Of a DNA stretch of 64,000 nucleotides, positions 1-13,400 are shown piece by piece. The translations under genes were made by a program, and so were the position numbers. The DNA is taken from assembly GCA_048013815.1 (NCBI GenBank), contig CM106585.1:1-64000 (forward strand), read 5' to 3'. The notes beneath the pieces are model-generated. The model ran no database searches. It was not told the origin of the DNA and saw only the letters and a program-made list of their open reading frames with translations. The stretch is from Setoptus koraiensis. Its lineage: Eukaryota > Animalia > Arthropoda. Numbering within the stretch: position 1 is the first letter of the stretch; every line of letters starts with the position of its first letter.

Positions 1-615
1 AAACAATAACACACACGCTCGCTATTTGTGATTTTTGAATAATGCTGCTCAGTCACAATTGCTGTCTATGCTGTTAGTACTGCTAGTGGTGCTAGTATAA
101 TACCAGTTACCGAACAATTAACGGCACACTAATGAACTTGCGAGCATCACAACAGCAGATGAAGTTTCTTTGGCCAGCTCCGTGCATTGCAAGTTCGCAT
201 TTGCACAGCTCAATGCACTTGTTGTTGGTGATGTCGTTGAATCCTGCAGGCATCACCATGGTTACGCAATATGCGCACACCAAGGCAACGCGCTTGACAA
301 CACGATCAAAAACACCTAAAAATAACTTTTTCAACTCACACTTGCATATGTCACCCATTCACCTGTGGCTTGAGTGTTTCGCTGTTCGCCTGACATGCGA
401 GTCAACAAAAACGCCAGCAAGTGATGGTGTCAGTGGTATGCATTTAGTCTGTAATGAGATGCTTATAAAGTTATGATTTAATTTGCAAACAAAACAGCAT
501 TTGGTGTAACTGTGTAATTTGTAGCTATAATTGAACACTATATTATAACGGATAATATAATTGGATATTGTAACGCTGCATACGATTGCATAAGATTAGT
601 ATTATTATTATTAAT

Positions 616-1047
616 ATGACGGCATCACATAAACTGGCGATGGGCAACAAGTTGTTCGTTGTCATCGCGTTATTTATTGTTTCACTTAACGTTCAAACAG
701 TCTATCAGACACCTACAAACCCAATAGATAATACAACGGGCGTCATTAACAAGAATATTGTTGATTTTGAACAACAAGTGAATTCACTAGAGAAAGTAGT
801 TAACGAAAATCAACAATACGACAAAGAGATTTGCAAGAGCGCCACAGCAAACAATTATAAAGACGAATCAGGCAAAACAGTTAATTATAATGATTCTCAA
901 CGTCAAGCAAATTGCCAAGAATGCTGCAGGACAAATCAATTTGACGAGGGCAAATTTAAAAAGTCTGGCTTCTTTTCGTTGGATTCTGATTCATGCGAAT
1001 GCTCATCGACGATGCAGCAACTTGTGTATCGTGTTTCTACTACCTGA
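616..1047 (+). CDS. Small secreted cysteine-rich orphan protein (143 aa from ATG 616; alternative ATG 640)
   Basis: Single-exon ORF. Hydrophobic signal-peptide-like N-terminus (MGNKLFVVIALFIVSLNVQTVYQ), short coiled-coil-like segment, six C-terminal Cys (C...CxxCC...CxC). No family recognised. Confidence 0.65.
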   Translation: MTASHKLAMGNKLFVVIALFIVSLNVQTVYQTPTNPIDNTTGVINKNIVDFEQQVNSLEKVVNENQQYDKEICKSATANNYKDESGKTVNYNDSQRQANCQECCRTNQFDEGKFKKSGFFSLDSDSCECSSTMQQLVYRVSTT

Positions 1048-4000
1048 TCAACAAGACTTGATTGATTGTTTTTATCGCCTTCTATTTGTGGAACAAGTGA
1101 CCAGCAAATTGGACACACACGCTTAATTAATTTGAGCAACAGTCAAACTAATTAAATAACAATCAAAATAAACTTAACAAGAATCTTATCACTTTGCCTC
1201 ATCATTTGGTAGACATTTACGTTTGCAATTCTGTTGCTGTTTAGCATAGCATCCGCCGGGGAGCAGCAAATCAGTCAGCTCAAATATTATATTAGCCTCT
1301 AATAGTTTTCGATGGTGTTTTTTTAATTTTATAAAGCATCTTATCATGCTTTGTGCACATCAGACATAAATATTTTTGTTGCCAGTTTGATGTTTGATAC
1401 ATTTATCGCATCAATAATGATGCTGCACAATCGCCGATCTGTTGCATTCAAGTTTGCATCGGAATAATCCTAACGTTTGCTTGGTAGATCTGATCTCATT
1501 TCATCTATTTCACTTATCACGAATTCGATTATCTTATTTGACAAATTGTTAACCTACTCTATCTATATCTCTTGTTATGTATCGTGCTAGCTGTGTATTG
1601 GGCACGAGTCACCACCAAAAAGTTATAATGACCGTCCACTTGTTGTTGTGTTTTCATGCATTGCGCAGTGACAACGATTGTCAAACAATCATAACAGCTC
1701 ACCTGTGTCGTTGATAATTTCCAGCCTGACAAGTGATTCGGACAATTGTTGTCCATGCACCAATGTTTTGTTTGATGAAATGAGTTACTGTAACGGAAAT
1801 AAATGAAATAGAACAATTTTCAAGTGTAGTATAGTTTATGGTGTAATGCTGAGTTTATACAATTTGTGTAGCTGATGCAATAGTTGTATTTGTTACGCAA
1901 AAATTGCGTCAGTTGAACATAAACACGATGCGATGTTTTGTGTGTGTGTGTCTTGCTATTGTGTAGAGCGTGTGTATACCACAAACAAGCGAAGTTATCG
2001 TGAAAAGTTAAAGTCCAAGGTGATGATGTGTTGGCATTAAATGTTTGAATCAAACTGACCAGCGGCAAAATGGAAACAAAAACAACTTCCTGTCTTGTGT
2101 TCGGTTTGACGTGACTCGGTGTTAGTTGGCAACATTGATATGACGAATGAGGAGTGAAGTAGACCTAGCTCGGCTAGGTCGAGATTGAATTAATTTCTCT
2201 GTCTTTAGAATGCCAACTATCTGCTTGGTCATCAGCAAACAACTTGTAACTAGCGATGATGAGTAATAGTTGGCTATATGTGATGCGATTTGAATGTGTT
2301 GTCACTATAGTTTCAACTTGTAGGTGTGAATTGCAAAATGTTGTGTTGATAACAAAACAGATAAACATTACTTATGAATTGCACAATTATGGATTGCTGG
2401 CCGAATGAGCCAGTGATTGCAATTGACACTAACTACATCAGTGTGTGATACAATTTTGCAGTTACTGTGATTGCTGTGATGTTGTTGTTGCTGTTGATGC
2501 TAATGTGTGACCAATCGCTACAATTATACGAGTGTGTGTTGCCAACATTGTGCAATTGTTGCATAATAAAACATTGACCGTTATTATTTTACTCACATTT
2601 TAGCTCACAGTTGATAAGCTCAGTGATCATGCGCCACAGACAACTCGGACAAATGCTGTTCATGTTTATGCATAAGTTATAGTTATGGTGAGATGGCCAC
2701 TAGCTACTGCGGCAGCTACAACAGCAACTATCACTGGCTATTAGTGACAACAACATTGAATTAAATTCAAGGAGTTACACACAGTCAACAGGTAATGAAC
2801 AGGTAAGTGTGTGTGTGAGTCAAAGTCAACGCCGTTTGTTACGCAATGTGCAGAGTTTGCTGTTCACTGGCCAGCTAACGAGTAACGGTTACGACGAAGG
2901 GCAAAGCGTAATAAGACAAACCGAAGGCAAGGTGCGCACACTGTACAGTGAGTTAGAGGCAAAAGTATGGTAAAAAGTATAGTTAGCCAGCGCAAGTGAG
3001 AAAGCGCATATAAAAAGAAGATGCGGAAAAAGGCAATCTCTGCAAATCACTGATTCATTTCATGCGTTTGCTTCTTTTAATGCTCTCAAATGTCGATTAA
3101 TGCTAGTTAGCCATTGTATGTTGTATTATGTAGCTAGTTATATATATATCTGTATATATTATTTGCGTGCAAACGCATTAGTGGCAAACATGGAGCGAGA
3201 AAGTGCAATCGACAGGCGCAAGAATGATAATAATTATGTGTGTGAGATCGAGGGATTGCTCATTTAATGAGGAGAATGCCGGGAATAAAAATCAAAGCGT
3301 CGGAGTGTAGGAACGAGGAAAAGAAAAAAAGGAAAAAGTTTGAATTGATCATATCATAAACAGCGGATACAGATAGCGACACCTACAGACGCAACAAAAC
3401 TACTGCCACCCATGGCTAATGTACTTTTCGGTTTTGAGTCGATACCACCCGCACTAGCGCCACTAAAACTCGCCAAACTAAAACTCGCCAAACTTAAACT
3501 AAATCCAATCGACAAGCCGGAGTGCGGCGTATCATCGACGGTAACGAGACAGTAACGAAGAATTGTTGAAAGAAAAAGTTGATCAACGGCTGCAGCAGAT
3601 ATTACATTATCATGTAACAGATACGGACAGAGAGAAAGAGTCGTTTGTTATCTGTTGTTATGTGTTGATTGTGTGAGTGTGTGATTTATTGATCCGACAA
3701 AAGTTAGGGACAAAAGTTATGGCAGCCAGTGCAGTTATTAGCGCAACAACTGGTTAACTTTTTTTTGTCAGTGCAATGTTCAGTTTGTTGCAATGCTCCG
3801 ATGGCTTGAGTGGTCCGAGCAACAATTTAACAATTTGTGTAGCATGCCCATGATACATATGATAGTAACATGATACAAAATGATGGATAATGCTCGCCTG
3901 CGATAATGCCGGGCCCGTGCTCGCCAGATTAGTTATTTATCGCTAGATTGGTTATTTATCACTAGATTGGTGGGTGCAGTTGTGCTTGTTGTTGTTGTTG

Positions 4001-4208
4001 TTGTTGTTGTTCCAGCTCAACAGCAACAACAACAACAAGTGACCATTCAATTTAATTGGTAATCATGACGGCTAAATTCGTGTTTTTGTTGCTGTGTGTA
4101 GATACCAGACACAAATCAATTCATCAGTGGCCAATTGCTCATTAGCTGGCTATTTGTGCCAGCTTGTGCAACACTTTGCGTTTTGAATGATCATGCCGTA
4201 ATGATTAT

Positions 4209-4263
4209 GGCGTAATCATTGAGGCGTAATCATTGAGGCGTAATCATTGAGGCGTAATCATTG
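4209..4263. repeat. Minisatellite (GGCGTAATCATTGA) x~4
   Basis: 14-bp unit read directly. Confidence 0.9.
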
Positions 4264-7200
4264 CATGGGCGCGCCCCGCGCAAATCAGTATCAGTAGCGG
4301 CAATCATTAATAAATAATAAGAATGCCAACTGGCCCAATGGCTGCAATGTCCTCAAAAACGTTGCCAACTGAGACACACTGACACTTGAGAGCGTCTGTG
4401 AGAGTGTATATCACGGACAATCAGTATGAAACAGGTTGTGATTGAGAGATAATTTAATGGCCGCGTCCATTGCATCAACGGGCCAGATATAAGCATCCGC
4501 ATGAAGATGTGCTTATACGGACATAAACAGATACATGCAGATATATACAGATGTATACAGATATATAAACAGTAATAGTGAATTGCAGATTAGATTAGCC
4601 GCTACTTATAACAGTTGGCTCTGTTATCCATCTGAATCGACCAGCCACATATGAAAAGAATAATTAATGATGGAGATGCGAACAATCGACGCTCGCAATT
4701 GTTGTTGTTTATGAAACTTCCTGTTACCGTTACTCCATTAGTTCTGATAGGCCACTGTCTGGCGAAATTACTCGCTCTGTGCAGATTGTCTTGTTTGTCG
4801 ATACTTTTTAACTGTAATTCACAGTGCTTATGTAACCCATGAAAATATTATATTTTTGTGAAACTAACATTATAACTAATCATTTGGCCGCTGCTGATTA
4901 TGACGCTGGTGCAAGTAACGACAATCAATGAAACACACACAAATGATGATATACAGTGCATGATTAGTTGTCTTAGTAATAAGTCATTGGAATGACGATA
5001 CCCGCTTCTCAACTGCTACCACAGACAACATGATATCACAACTATTTTATCTGATATTGTTATTGTTGCTCTCGCTCTGTCGGTGGCTATAGCGGCCGAT
5101 ATAAATATCCACACGCTTACTCTGGCTTCCTCATGCTCTATTGAAAGCAGTCATCTCTTCAGCTAGCAACAGCAGCAGCGGCAACAACAACATCAACATC
5201 AACTACAACAACAGGTGATTTCTGTTCTTACGTGGAGCGGTAATTTCAAGAAGCTCTCTCGTAAATTGTGTGATATTGGATGATATCAAACCAGATTTGG
5301 TACACTGTGAATATAGAGGCCACTGGTCAGCAGTCGGTGCAAAGATGGACAGCGGATAGTGGAGAGTGGATGGTGGATGGCGGAGAGACGAAAGTGGACA
5401 GTGGATAGACGAAAGTGGACAGTGGATAGTGGTCAGTAGGGGATAGGCAATGGATTAATGTGTTTATATCAGTGTTGCTACTGTTATGCAACTTAAACTC
5501 GACAATGAGTGTGTTTTAGTTGATGAGTGTGGCGTGACCACTTGTTTGTTAGTGAGGCTGTTTCGCATTGTCGCTCGTAAACCTAAAATCCTCTTACTCA
5601 CTTTTATGCCATTATTGCTGCTACTACCACCACAACTGCTACTAGCTATCCCATGCTAGGTATTATATAATCTCAGTATTACTATTAAATCAACGCTTCA
5701 TCAACAGCAACACAAACATATATTGTGCGTGCTGCCTCTCCCTCTCTCTCTCTTTTATACATTTCTCCGTATACCGGTGCAATTGTTGGCTGACCTACGA
5801 CAAATGCGCCCTTGCAGTCGCTAGTTACATAATGAGACTGAATTGCCTTTACATTGAATTGCGTAACATCATCAACTAATCACTAACTAGAGAGTTTAAA
5901 CGTCTTTATCTTGTTCACCATCGTTCAATCGTCATCATATAGCTTTTATATACCAATTTACAGACACAGTTATGTGATACAGGTTGAGGTTAACTGCTGT
6001 TCGGTAGTCTCTCTTGTAGTTGATAGGTGTGATAGATGAAAAGTTAATAATAATATAAATTGAGGAAAACATTCGATGACGCTTAATCCTTTGCGATAGC
6101 CAATGTTAATGTTAGCGTTGATGTGCTATGAACACGCAATCTTATTACGCAAGTATAGTAGAAATAGCGGCCAAGAGGGACCAAAAACAGATAATCACAA
6201 ACACACTACCGATTGACTAACTCTCTTTCTCTCTCATCATTTTAATTCTTGACGTGAACTCCATTGACCATTCTTCTTTGTTCTTTTTTTGCATTCTCTC
6301 TACTTCGCTTGCCAACTGATTCTTTTTTTCCATCATTAAACTTCCATTGCCTTCGAGAGAGAAGCAATCCTCAATACGACACAAACAAGCAACCAGCTAG
6401 AGTTGAAGAGAGAACCATTTGACTGGCTTTTATATATTCCATCTTGATTATTAATTTCCAGTAAAATGACTAACTAAGTAACAGAACATAACACGAATGA
6501 ATATCACTGACCACTGACCGTTGACCACTGACTATTGACCACCGGCGGCTCATCACCAATCATCGCCTACCAACAAAACGTATACATAATAATTTATGTG
6601 CAACAATATAGCATTTTGTCGAGCGTGGGTGTCATGATGATGACCACTCGCGTGAACACACAACATGGTCTCATAGTCATTTACTCGATATTATTTTGCT
6701 TCCACTCATACTAAATCAAAAGGAGGCTATGAATTGATTAATCATCGAATGTCGATGTCTGTAATGTTAATGAGTTAAAATGTTACTACATGCTGTTCAA
6801 GGTAGAGGAATCGTTGATCAATTGCTTTGTATTCCTCTTGAATTTAAAATTATATTAGATAACGACACCGGCACATTATACATCATGCTCATTTTATTAT
6901 TGCATCATCGTACAATCATTGTTTTTGTTGCTGCTGTAAAGTAGGTAGTGAGTGTGATGATTCGATTGAAACACAGCAACAGCAGGAAAAAAGAAGCTGA
7001 TTATCAGAAAACAATTATCATTGAAGGTTATTGAAACACTGGCACCGTGATAAGTGATTCTCGGCAACGATTTTGATGAATTATTCAAATCATTTATTTG
7101 TAGAAAATAAAATCAGCTAATGAGAACATTGATGATTTCAAAACAGACGCGGAGGCTTCATTGATCAATTAGCAAACAATTATGGGCATTCTTTGTTGAT

Positions 7201-7479
7201 AGTACCTTCGATCTGTCTATCATAGGGTGAAGCGCAGTTACTTATTCTGATACTTTTCGGATTATCAGTCTGGGCGAAAAGCGTGAAATCTTGCAGCAGA
7301 AAGTTGCTTTAAATCATTTTGATAGCAATTTATTCACTTAATATTCACTTATTATCCCTTCAAACGATATTTGTCGGGCTTTTTACCTCAATAATTTTCC
7401 ATAACGAGACTTTATTAATATACAGATTGGTGAAATGCGTCGATATCTGAATGCTTTGCTACTAGCATTGGCAATAGTG

Positions 7480-8112
7480 AATGATCTAATGATGATTACT
7501 GGGAACCGATGGAAAACATTCGTTGGCAATTCGCGAGTCAAGTTTGACGCGCGCGAAAAAAAAGTAACTTTAAATTTGGCGCTTTTTACACTAGTCAAAC
7601 ACGAAGTTGAGTTGAAAAAACATGTGACTCGATCAAAACATGCGACTCGATGAAAACACGCATCAACCACACTTGATGGTCAGGTAACTAATCTAATTAA
7701 TTAGCCGTTTGTTTATGTTATTTTTCGCCCAGACATACCGGAAATAATACCATATCAAGTGTACTTGTGTGATCTTGTTTAGGACATCGACATTATTGAA
7801 TTAACTTTGCCCATTTATGTGGAATATCTCGTTGAGTCGAGCAACTTTCTACAAAGGATACAGTGGTAAATAGGAGCCGTGTGTGAAATAGATAACCTTT
7901 CATAATGTTTGTTGCTGTGAATATTGGTGCTAGACAATTGTGTCAGCACAAAAGAATATTGCTATCATCATATCAAGCCTCTAATCTATACAGTCAATAT
8001 AACAGATTTACCATTGCCAATCAAAATGTCAATGGCAACTATTCAAGTGTCAGACATCGTAGCACGTTGCCATACAACACTGGCCCAGCTTTTGTTCCAC
8101 AACAGGTAATCA
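7480..8112 (+). repeat. Left arm of ~630-bp inverted duplication (partner 20063-20700)
   Basis: Reverse complement of 20063-20700. About 2 mismatches over 7650-7905, 18 in 201 nt of exon 7905-8105, and more degenerate toward 7480. Confidence 0.95.
7545..7904 (+). promoter_or_regulatory. Putative promoter/5'UTR of LRPPRC (STOML2-derived), with a probable UTR intron at about 7684-7782
   Basis: E2F-like GCGCGAAAAA and TTTGGCGC motifs and repeated GACTCGA motifs, conserved in the STOML2 copy. CAG|GTAACT ... TTGTTTAG| intron signals. Confidence 0.5.
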
Positions 8113-10397
8113 ACAAATTATTATAGATCAACATCTAATCTTGTCTCATGCTATCCACATTGATGAACACAATCTCACCGAATTTCTCTCATCATTACTT
8201 GCTAAATTTTGTTCAAACTCATCAGGATGCCTGGAATGTTAACAAAATGGGCAGAATAGCCAGAGTATTGGAACATAGTCTGACTAATATTAATCATGTA
8301 ACTGTCATGGATCAAAGTACATTAGCGAGTCCGCGAACTCCGGCACGTGCTGCAAACCAAATCGATGAGCTGTCAAAGATCATAAATGATCTAAAGCGAC
8401 AATTGAATTACAATGCCAATACCACCTCCAAAAAGGTCATACAAGCAACAAGGCTTCTAAATGACATCATTGCTACGGGCAACCTAGATGATCTGAGAGC
8501 GAAACTGGGCTCTATTCCCAACTTTGGTGAAGTCCTGCTGGCTTCTTGTAGCTCGCATATGATTTATGAGACACCAGAAAGGCGAGAACACTTGGCTGGT
8601 CGAGTATGGTCATGTATTCAACAAATTTCTCAATTGAGCATTTCCCATTACAATACTTTATTGTTAGTATTTCTTGAAAACAACACCCAATTTGATCCAT
8701 CAAAAATCTTAGAAGACCTCAAGTCAAAGGGACTCACCCCTAACAGAGTGACTCTCCAGAGATTACTGCATAGATACTGCTTGATGGGCGATATGAAACA
8801 AGCCTTGGAAATACTTGAAGATATGAAAGAAAATAATATGGAAATTAATGAGACAGTGTTTGCCTCCCTTTTTATTGGGTACGGAAATATCCAGGATGCA
8901 CAGTCATTATCCGAACTACTTCAGTTGATGAAATCTAGTGGAGTTGAGGCGGGTGATAAATCTTACGCCGCTTATATTTGTGCTCATATCAACTGTGATA
9001 CATCGGATCAAACCATTAAAAATATCCTCGATGAAGCAACTAAAGAATATGATTTATCACCGAATCATTATATTGCAATTTTCACTGCTCTAGTCAAAAA
9101 GAGACCCGACTCGGCCTTAATTGCTGATATTACGCACAGAATTGAAACATCTACCAGAGATTTGTTCGATTATGGAGCCAAATCCAGGATTATCCACACC
9201 CTTATACAGGAGGGTTACTATCAGACGGCATCTTCTATATTTTGGAAAACAAAATTCACTGAGAGGATACTATCGAGTGGTCATTTTGGCAACTCTTACA
9301 TCGAAATTCTTGCCTCTTCGAAACAGGTCCCTGTTGACTTCATCATGCAAGAATGTCGGACCCTCATAGATCGAGACCTCAATATGTCGGCTCTCGAAAG
9401 AATATTTTTTTCGTTAGCAGCAAGTAATGGTAGAGCGGATGTGATAGAGCGAGTACTAGAGGTAATGGATTCGAAAGGCAAGGTTAGGTGTCACTATTAT
9501 TGGCCCTTGCTAGCTCAAGCAACCGACGTTAAAGGACTATTGAGTGTCTTGGAGCGGAAGATTAAACCGGATCAAGATCAGGAAGAACTATTCGATACAT
9601 TTGTAGAAATTGTTTGGCCAAGAATGGATGGTACTTCCTTTGAGGAGAGTTTCCAATCATTGTCTGACTTAAAATTTGATAAGCGTCTGCTATTTTTCTC
9701 TTATCTCGAGCTCGTATCTCGAGGCGATGACGATAGATCATCGAAACTTCAGAATGCAATCGCTACTGCCGAGAAAAAAGTGTTTGAACAAAAACCATTG
9801 AGCAAACAAGAAAATCTTACAGCACAACAACTCATCAGAAAGACGTTACATATTGACACTAAAACGGCCACTGAACTGTACATCACTGTCGCCATCAAAT
9901 TTGGAGTAGTTCAAGGCTCTCTTCAGCTAATGATGGCACTACTCAAAGAGAAAAACAAGGAAGATTTACAGAGAGTTATAGACGCAACTAATCGAATTTC
10001 TGGAGAAAATCAAACGTTGAATGAGTTAGTTATCGCATGTATACGAACTGGACATGTCAAACAAGCGGACAAAATTATCAGATCATCCCCCAACAGAATA
10101 CATACAGAACGCTTGGATAAGTGCGTAGATTATTTTGCCTCACATAAATGGGCCGATTCTTTGAAGAACCTTCTATTGTCTACCAAAGGCCTAAATAATT
10201 TTGACAGGGATAAAGCTTATTATCAGCTCTTTAGCGTTTATGATGACCTAAACCAGGCCAATGAGACCCTCGACCTATGCATTCAAATGCAGGAGGATGG
10301 ATATCAGTTAGGCATCGATTCTGCCACACTTGCGGCTTCCATTTTGGAGAGAAATAATTTGCAGGTACCATTTACCAAAGTTGACATTCAACAATGA
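7905..10397 (+). CDS. LRPPRC: LRPPRC/bicoid stability factor-like mitochondrial PPR protein, chimeric with STOML2 N-terminus; exons 7905-8105 and 8226-10397 (~790 aa)
   Basis: PPR repeats (SHYNTLLLVFLEN; PNRVTLQRLLHRYCLMGD), HYYWPLL motif and C-terminal ...ILERNNLQVPF match LRPPRC as recalled. Donor CAG|GTAATC at 8105/8106 and acceptor TCATCAG|GAT at 8225/8226 are in frame. Confidence 0.85.
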
Positions 10398-10414
10398 TCT
10401 GATGCTCATTTAGA

Positions 10415-13400
10415 CTAGCGTCTACGCTTAAAGGCTTGATTAAAACCATAACAAGCATTAAAATCGCCCCAATATTGCGTCTCCAAGAAGGCCTCCGAGT
10501 GGCAGTTGATTGGACCGGCCCGATGAACTATTAAGAGAAAGTGGTTATTGATATATTTTCAGAGTTACTTGAATTAATAGTTGATCGAGCATTATTAAAA
10601 GTTGAAACTGACTACTGTTAGCTACTACTATTACTTACTTGCTGCAACATCATAGCAATTTATGCGTCCATCGCCATCACAATCCCGGAGTCTTTTATCC
10701 ATATACAAATTCAACACTTTCTCTGCGCAGCCCTGATTGGTGACACAATCATAGAAGGCCCTCTCGTCTGCCGCTGGATCTCTACTGATGGCCTCTGGTG
10801 AGGTTAGCGTCTTAGATAAGCCAGATTCTAGCCATTGGTCATAACTTATAAGATACATTCCACACCTAGTGTGCTTGACATCGCTAGTCTGACATCTCGA
10901 TTTTAGATCGCATGATGTGCTTGCCTCACAGATACACTCGAAACATTCAGTTGTGATCTTTCTGCTACTAGCCCGATTTGCTAACAATCTCCTATCGGGT
11001 CTGTCTAACCGGAATGGACTATTTAAGGAAGACTTGTTTTCGTTTTCATTTGAAAATGGCTCATCCAAAGATATTGTTTCAAATGAGCCCGTTCTTTCAC
11101 GCGTGGGCAATGTCGGTTCACTTCTCCTACTAATTTCTGATATTTCAAGCGACTCCGACAGCGGCTCCGTTCTAGCTTCGTTGACTCGTAATCTTGCTCT
11201 AGTATCCACGGTTATTGGTGGTCTTGGGTACTCTGGTTCAGGCGACAATCTTTCAATGTCTACATTAGATGACGGCCTAGCTGTGGTTGTAGAAGTAGTG
11301 CTTGTTGTAGTAGGTCTTGGTGTTGTGGTGGTAGTTGTAGTAGTAGTGGCAGTAGTTGTTGTTGTCGAGCTAGGTCTAAAACTTGACGACAGCGATGATG
11401 TGGTGGTTCTGCGAGAGTTATCGGATGTTATAAATGGAGTTGGAATTCTGGAAGTGAAAGTGGGTGCCAGCGGATTAGCAATTGGCTGATTATGGTCCGG
11501 CCAATTGAACGAGCTAACACCACTTCCGGTTGGCCATAATGTCGTCGAAGTGGTGTCACTTGTTGCTGAAACTGATTCATCTGATACTGATGATACTTCA
11601 AGCCCTGAATTCGACATAGCAGTTGCGTCATCTAAAGTAGTTATTAGTGGCGGATTAGTGATTACAGAGGCAGGATTGTTGGTATCTTCGTTGGTATTGA
11701 TTGGTGCACCATTACCATTGGTGTCATCGACAGAAACTGTTGGCGGTTGTCGATTATTATTATTATTGGTGGTAGTAGAAGTAGATGGATTTTCATTATT
11801 ATTATTATTATTTATATCCAAACGCTCAAAGTTAGTGTCGTCTGAGAGGTCACTTTTTGGTGTTACAATGTCAGCAACTAGTGCCGGTATACGAGGATAG
11901 ACCTCTTCTAAAGAGGCACCTCTAACTACGCCCGAAGAGTTTCTAACAAATCCAGATGAATGATCTGTATCTCTAATAGGAGTACCTTCATTTGTTATGC
12001 GTCTGCTAGTGGAACTGAAAACATCTCTCGTTTCAAACTCTATTGTTACATCGTCTCTGGAAGTTTCTTCGCCATTGTTATTATTATTATTGCTTGGCAA
12101 TCTATTGTTGTTAGTTGATGATAATTCATTCCTTGTATTTCTATTGGTGTTTCTATTGTTTGTGGGTGGCCCTGATTGACCGATAGTGAGACGTCTGGGT
12201 AACTGTGGTATTGAATTCATAATTTCCGGTTGAATGGCAGGAAGATGATTTAGTGTGTTAGTTAAGGCTGTGGCTACATTTGGATTTGAACTGCTAGTTG
12301 ATGGAATTCTTGGAAACTCGTTACTCGTGCTTGCACTGGCCCCAACTGATGATGGCGGCCCGTTGTTGGTATTAGTTATCGGCGGTTTGATTAACGAACC
12401 ACCAGATGAGCTGGCTACAACAAATCTGTTAGCTGGATTGTTGTTGATGTCTGCTGGCCTGTCTATTGTTGTTGGCTGCCTTTGATTTGTATTACTGCCA
12501 GTAGCTGTGGTGATATTGATGCGAGCTCCTCCACGAGCTTGACGTTCTAAGCACCTGTTGAAACGTTCAAAGTATTTGTCGCCAGCACTTAATGCGCTCA
12601 TTTGTGTACAAGCTGCACCACCTAAATGATGGATAGCCCCATAATCTAGACAGGTGATTCTTCCATCGTTGTCGCAATCGCGCTTGTAACGTTGCATATA
12701 ATTTCTGACGGTCATCTCTGAACAATCTCTAGTCCTTGTACATGTCAGCCAATCTAAACCGGGCTTGCTGGCATCATTCCAATAGCCTGGTGTTATTGAG
12801 AATGGACCACAAACGTTGCCAAATCTACAATTGCGTCCACTTAAATCACAGTTTGATTGTGCCTCACAAATACAATTTAAACATTGTTTATCAATTTGTT
12901 GTTGTTGTTGCAAGTTCCAATTTGTGACAGCGAATCTATCCAAGAATGAAGTGGCATCACTATCGGAGTTGTCATTCAAATTGTCATTAATCGATGAGAA
13001 AAAATTGTTTGGAGAAAAACGATCGAATAGATCATCATTGTTGTTGTTTCTTAGAGGAAAATTCGATGCTGACCGCGTTGAAACCAACACTGGCCTAGTT
13101 TGATTTCCACCAGATCCACGCAATGTGCCATTTGACCTGTGATTTAGATTGATTTCGGCACCAATGTTTTCATTGATGCTAACCACTGCGCCTCTTGGGT
13201 CACGAGTATTCTCTATCGGCGAGCCTGCAGTTGATCGCGAACGATTGCCGGACACTATCACAGACACAACGGGCAAACGGTTGCTCAATCTAGCCGATTG
13301 TTGATTGTGATTGCTGTTATTTAGATTTACGTAACATTCGGATTTTGAGAATGCAGACCAAAATTTTGTTTTGTACAACCAGTCGGCATTACAAATATCA

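Noticed and set aside
107-476. Overlapping short ORFs 107-358 (-) and 132-476 (+)
   Set aside because: No recognisable motif, signal or splice support.
1150-7430. 6.3-kb stretch with scattered splice-like signals (e.g. CAG|GTAAGT near 2803) and short ORFs
   Set aside because: No coherent exon chain or protein similarity could be built. Probably intron, UTR or regulatory DNA of a gene not resolved here.
7383-7670. ORF MVDACFH... and its counterparts at 20503-20741
   Set aside because: Their similarity is a by-product of the inverted duplication; lengths and frames are not conserved between arms.
7676-7804. Possible spliced uORF (MVRTSTLLN*) in the shared 5'UTR
   Set aside because: Too short to evaluate, and its identity in both arms is explained by overall arm identity.
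10917-13103. Plus-strand ORFs antisense to the lysozyme-like gene
   Set aside because: Shadow frames of Thr/Asn/Ser codon repeats.
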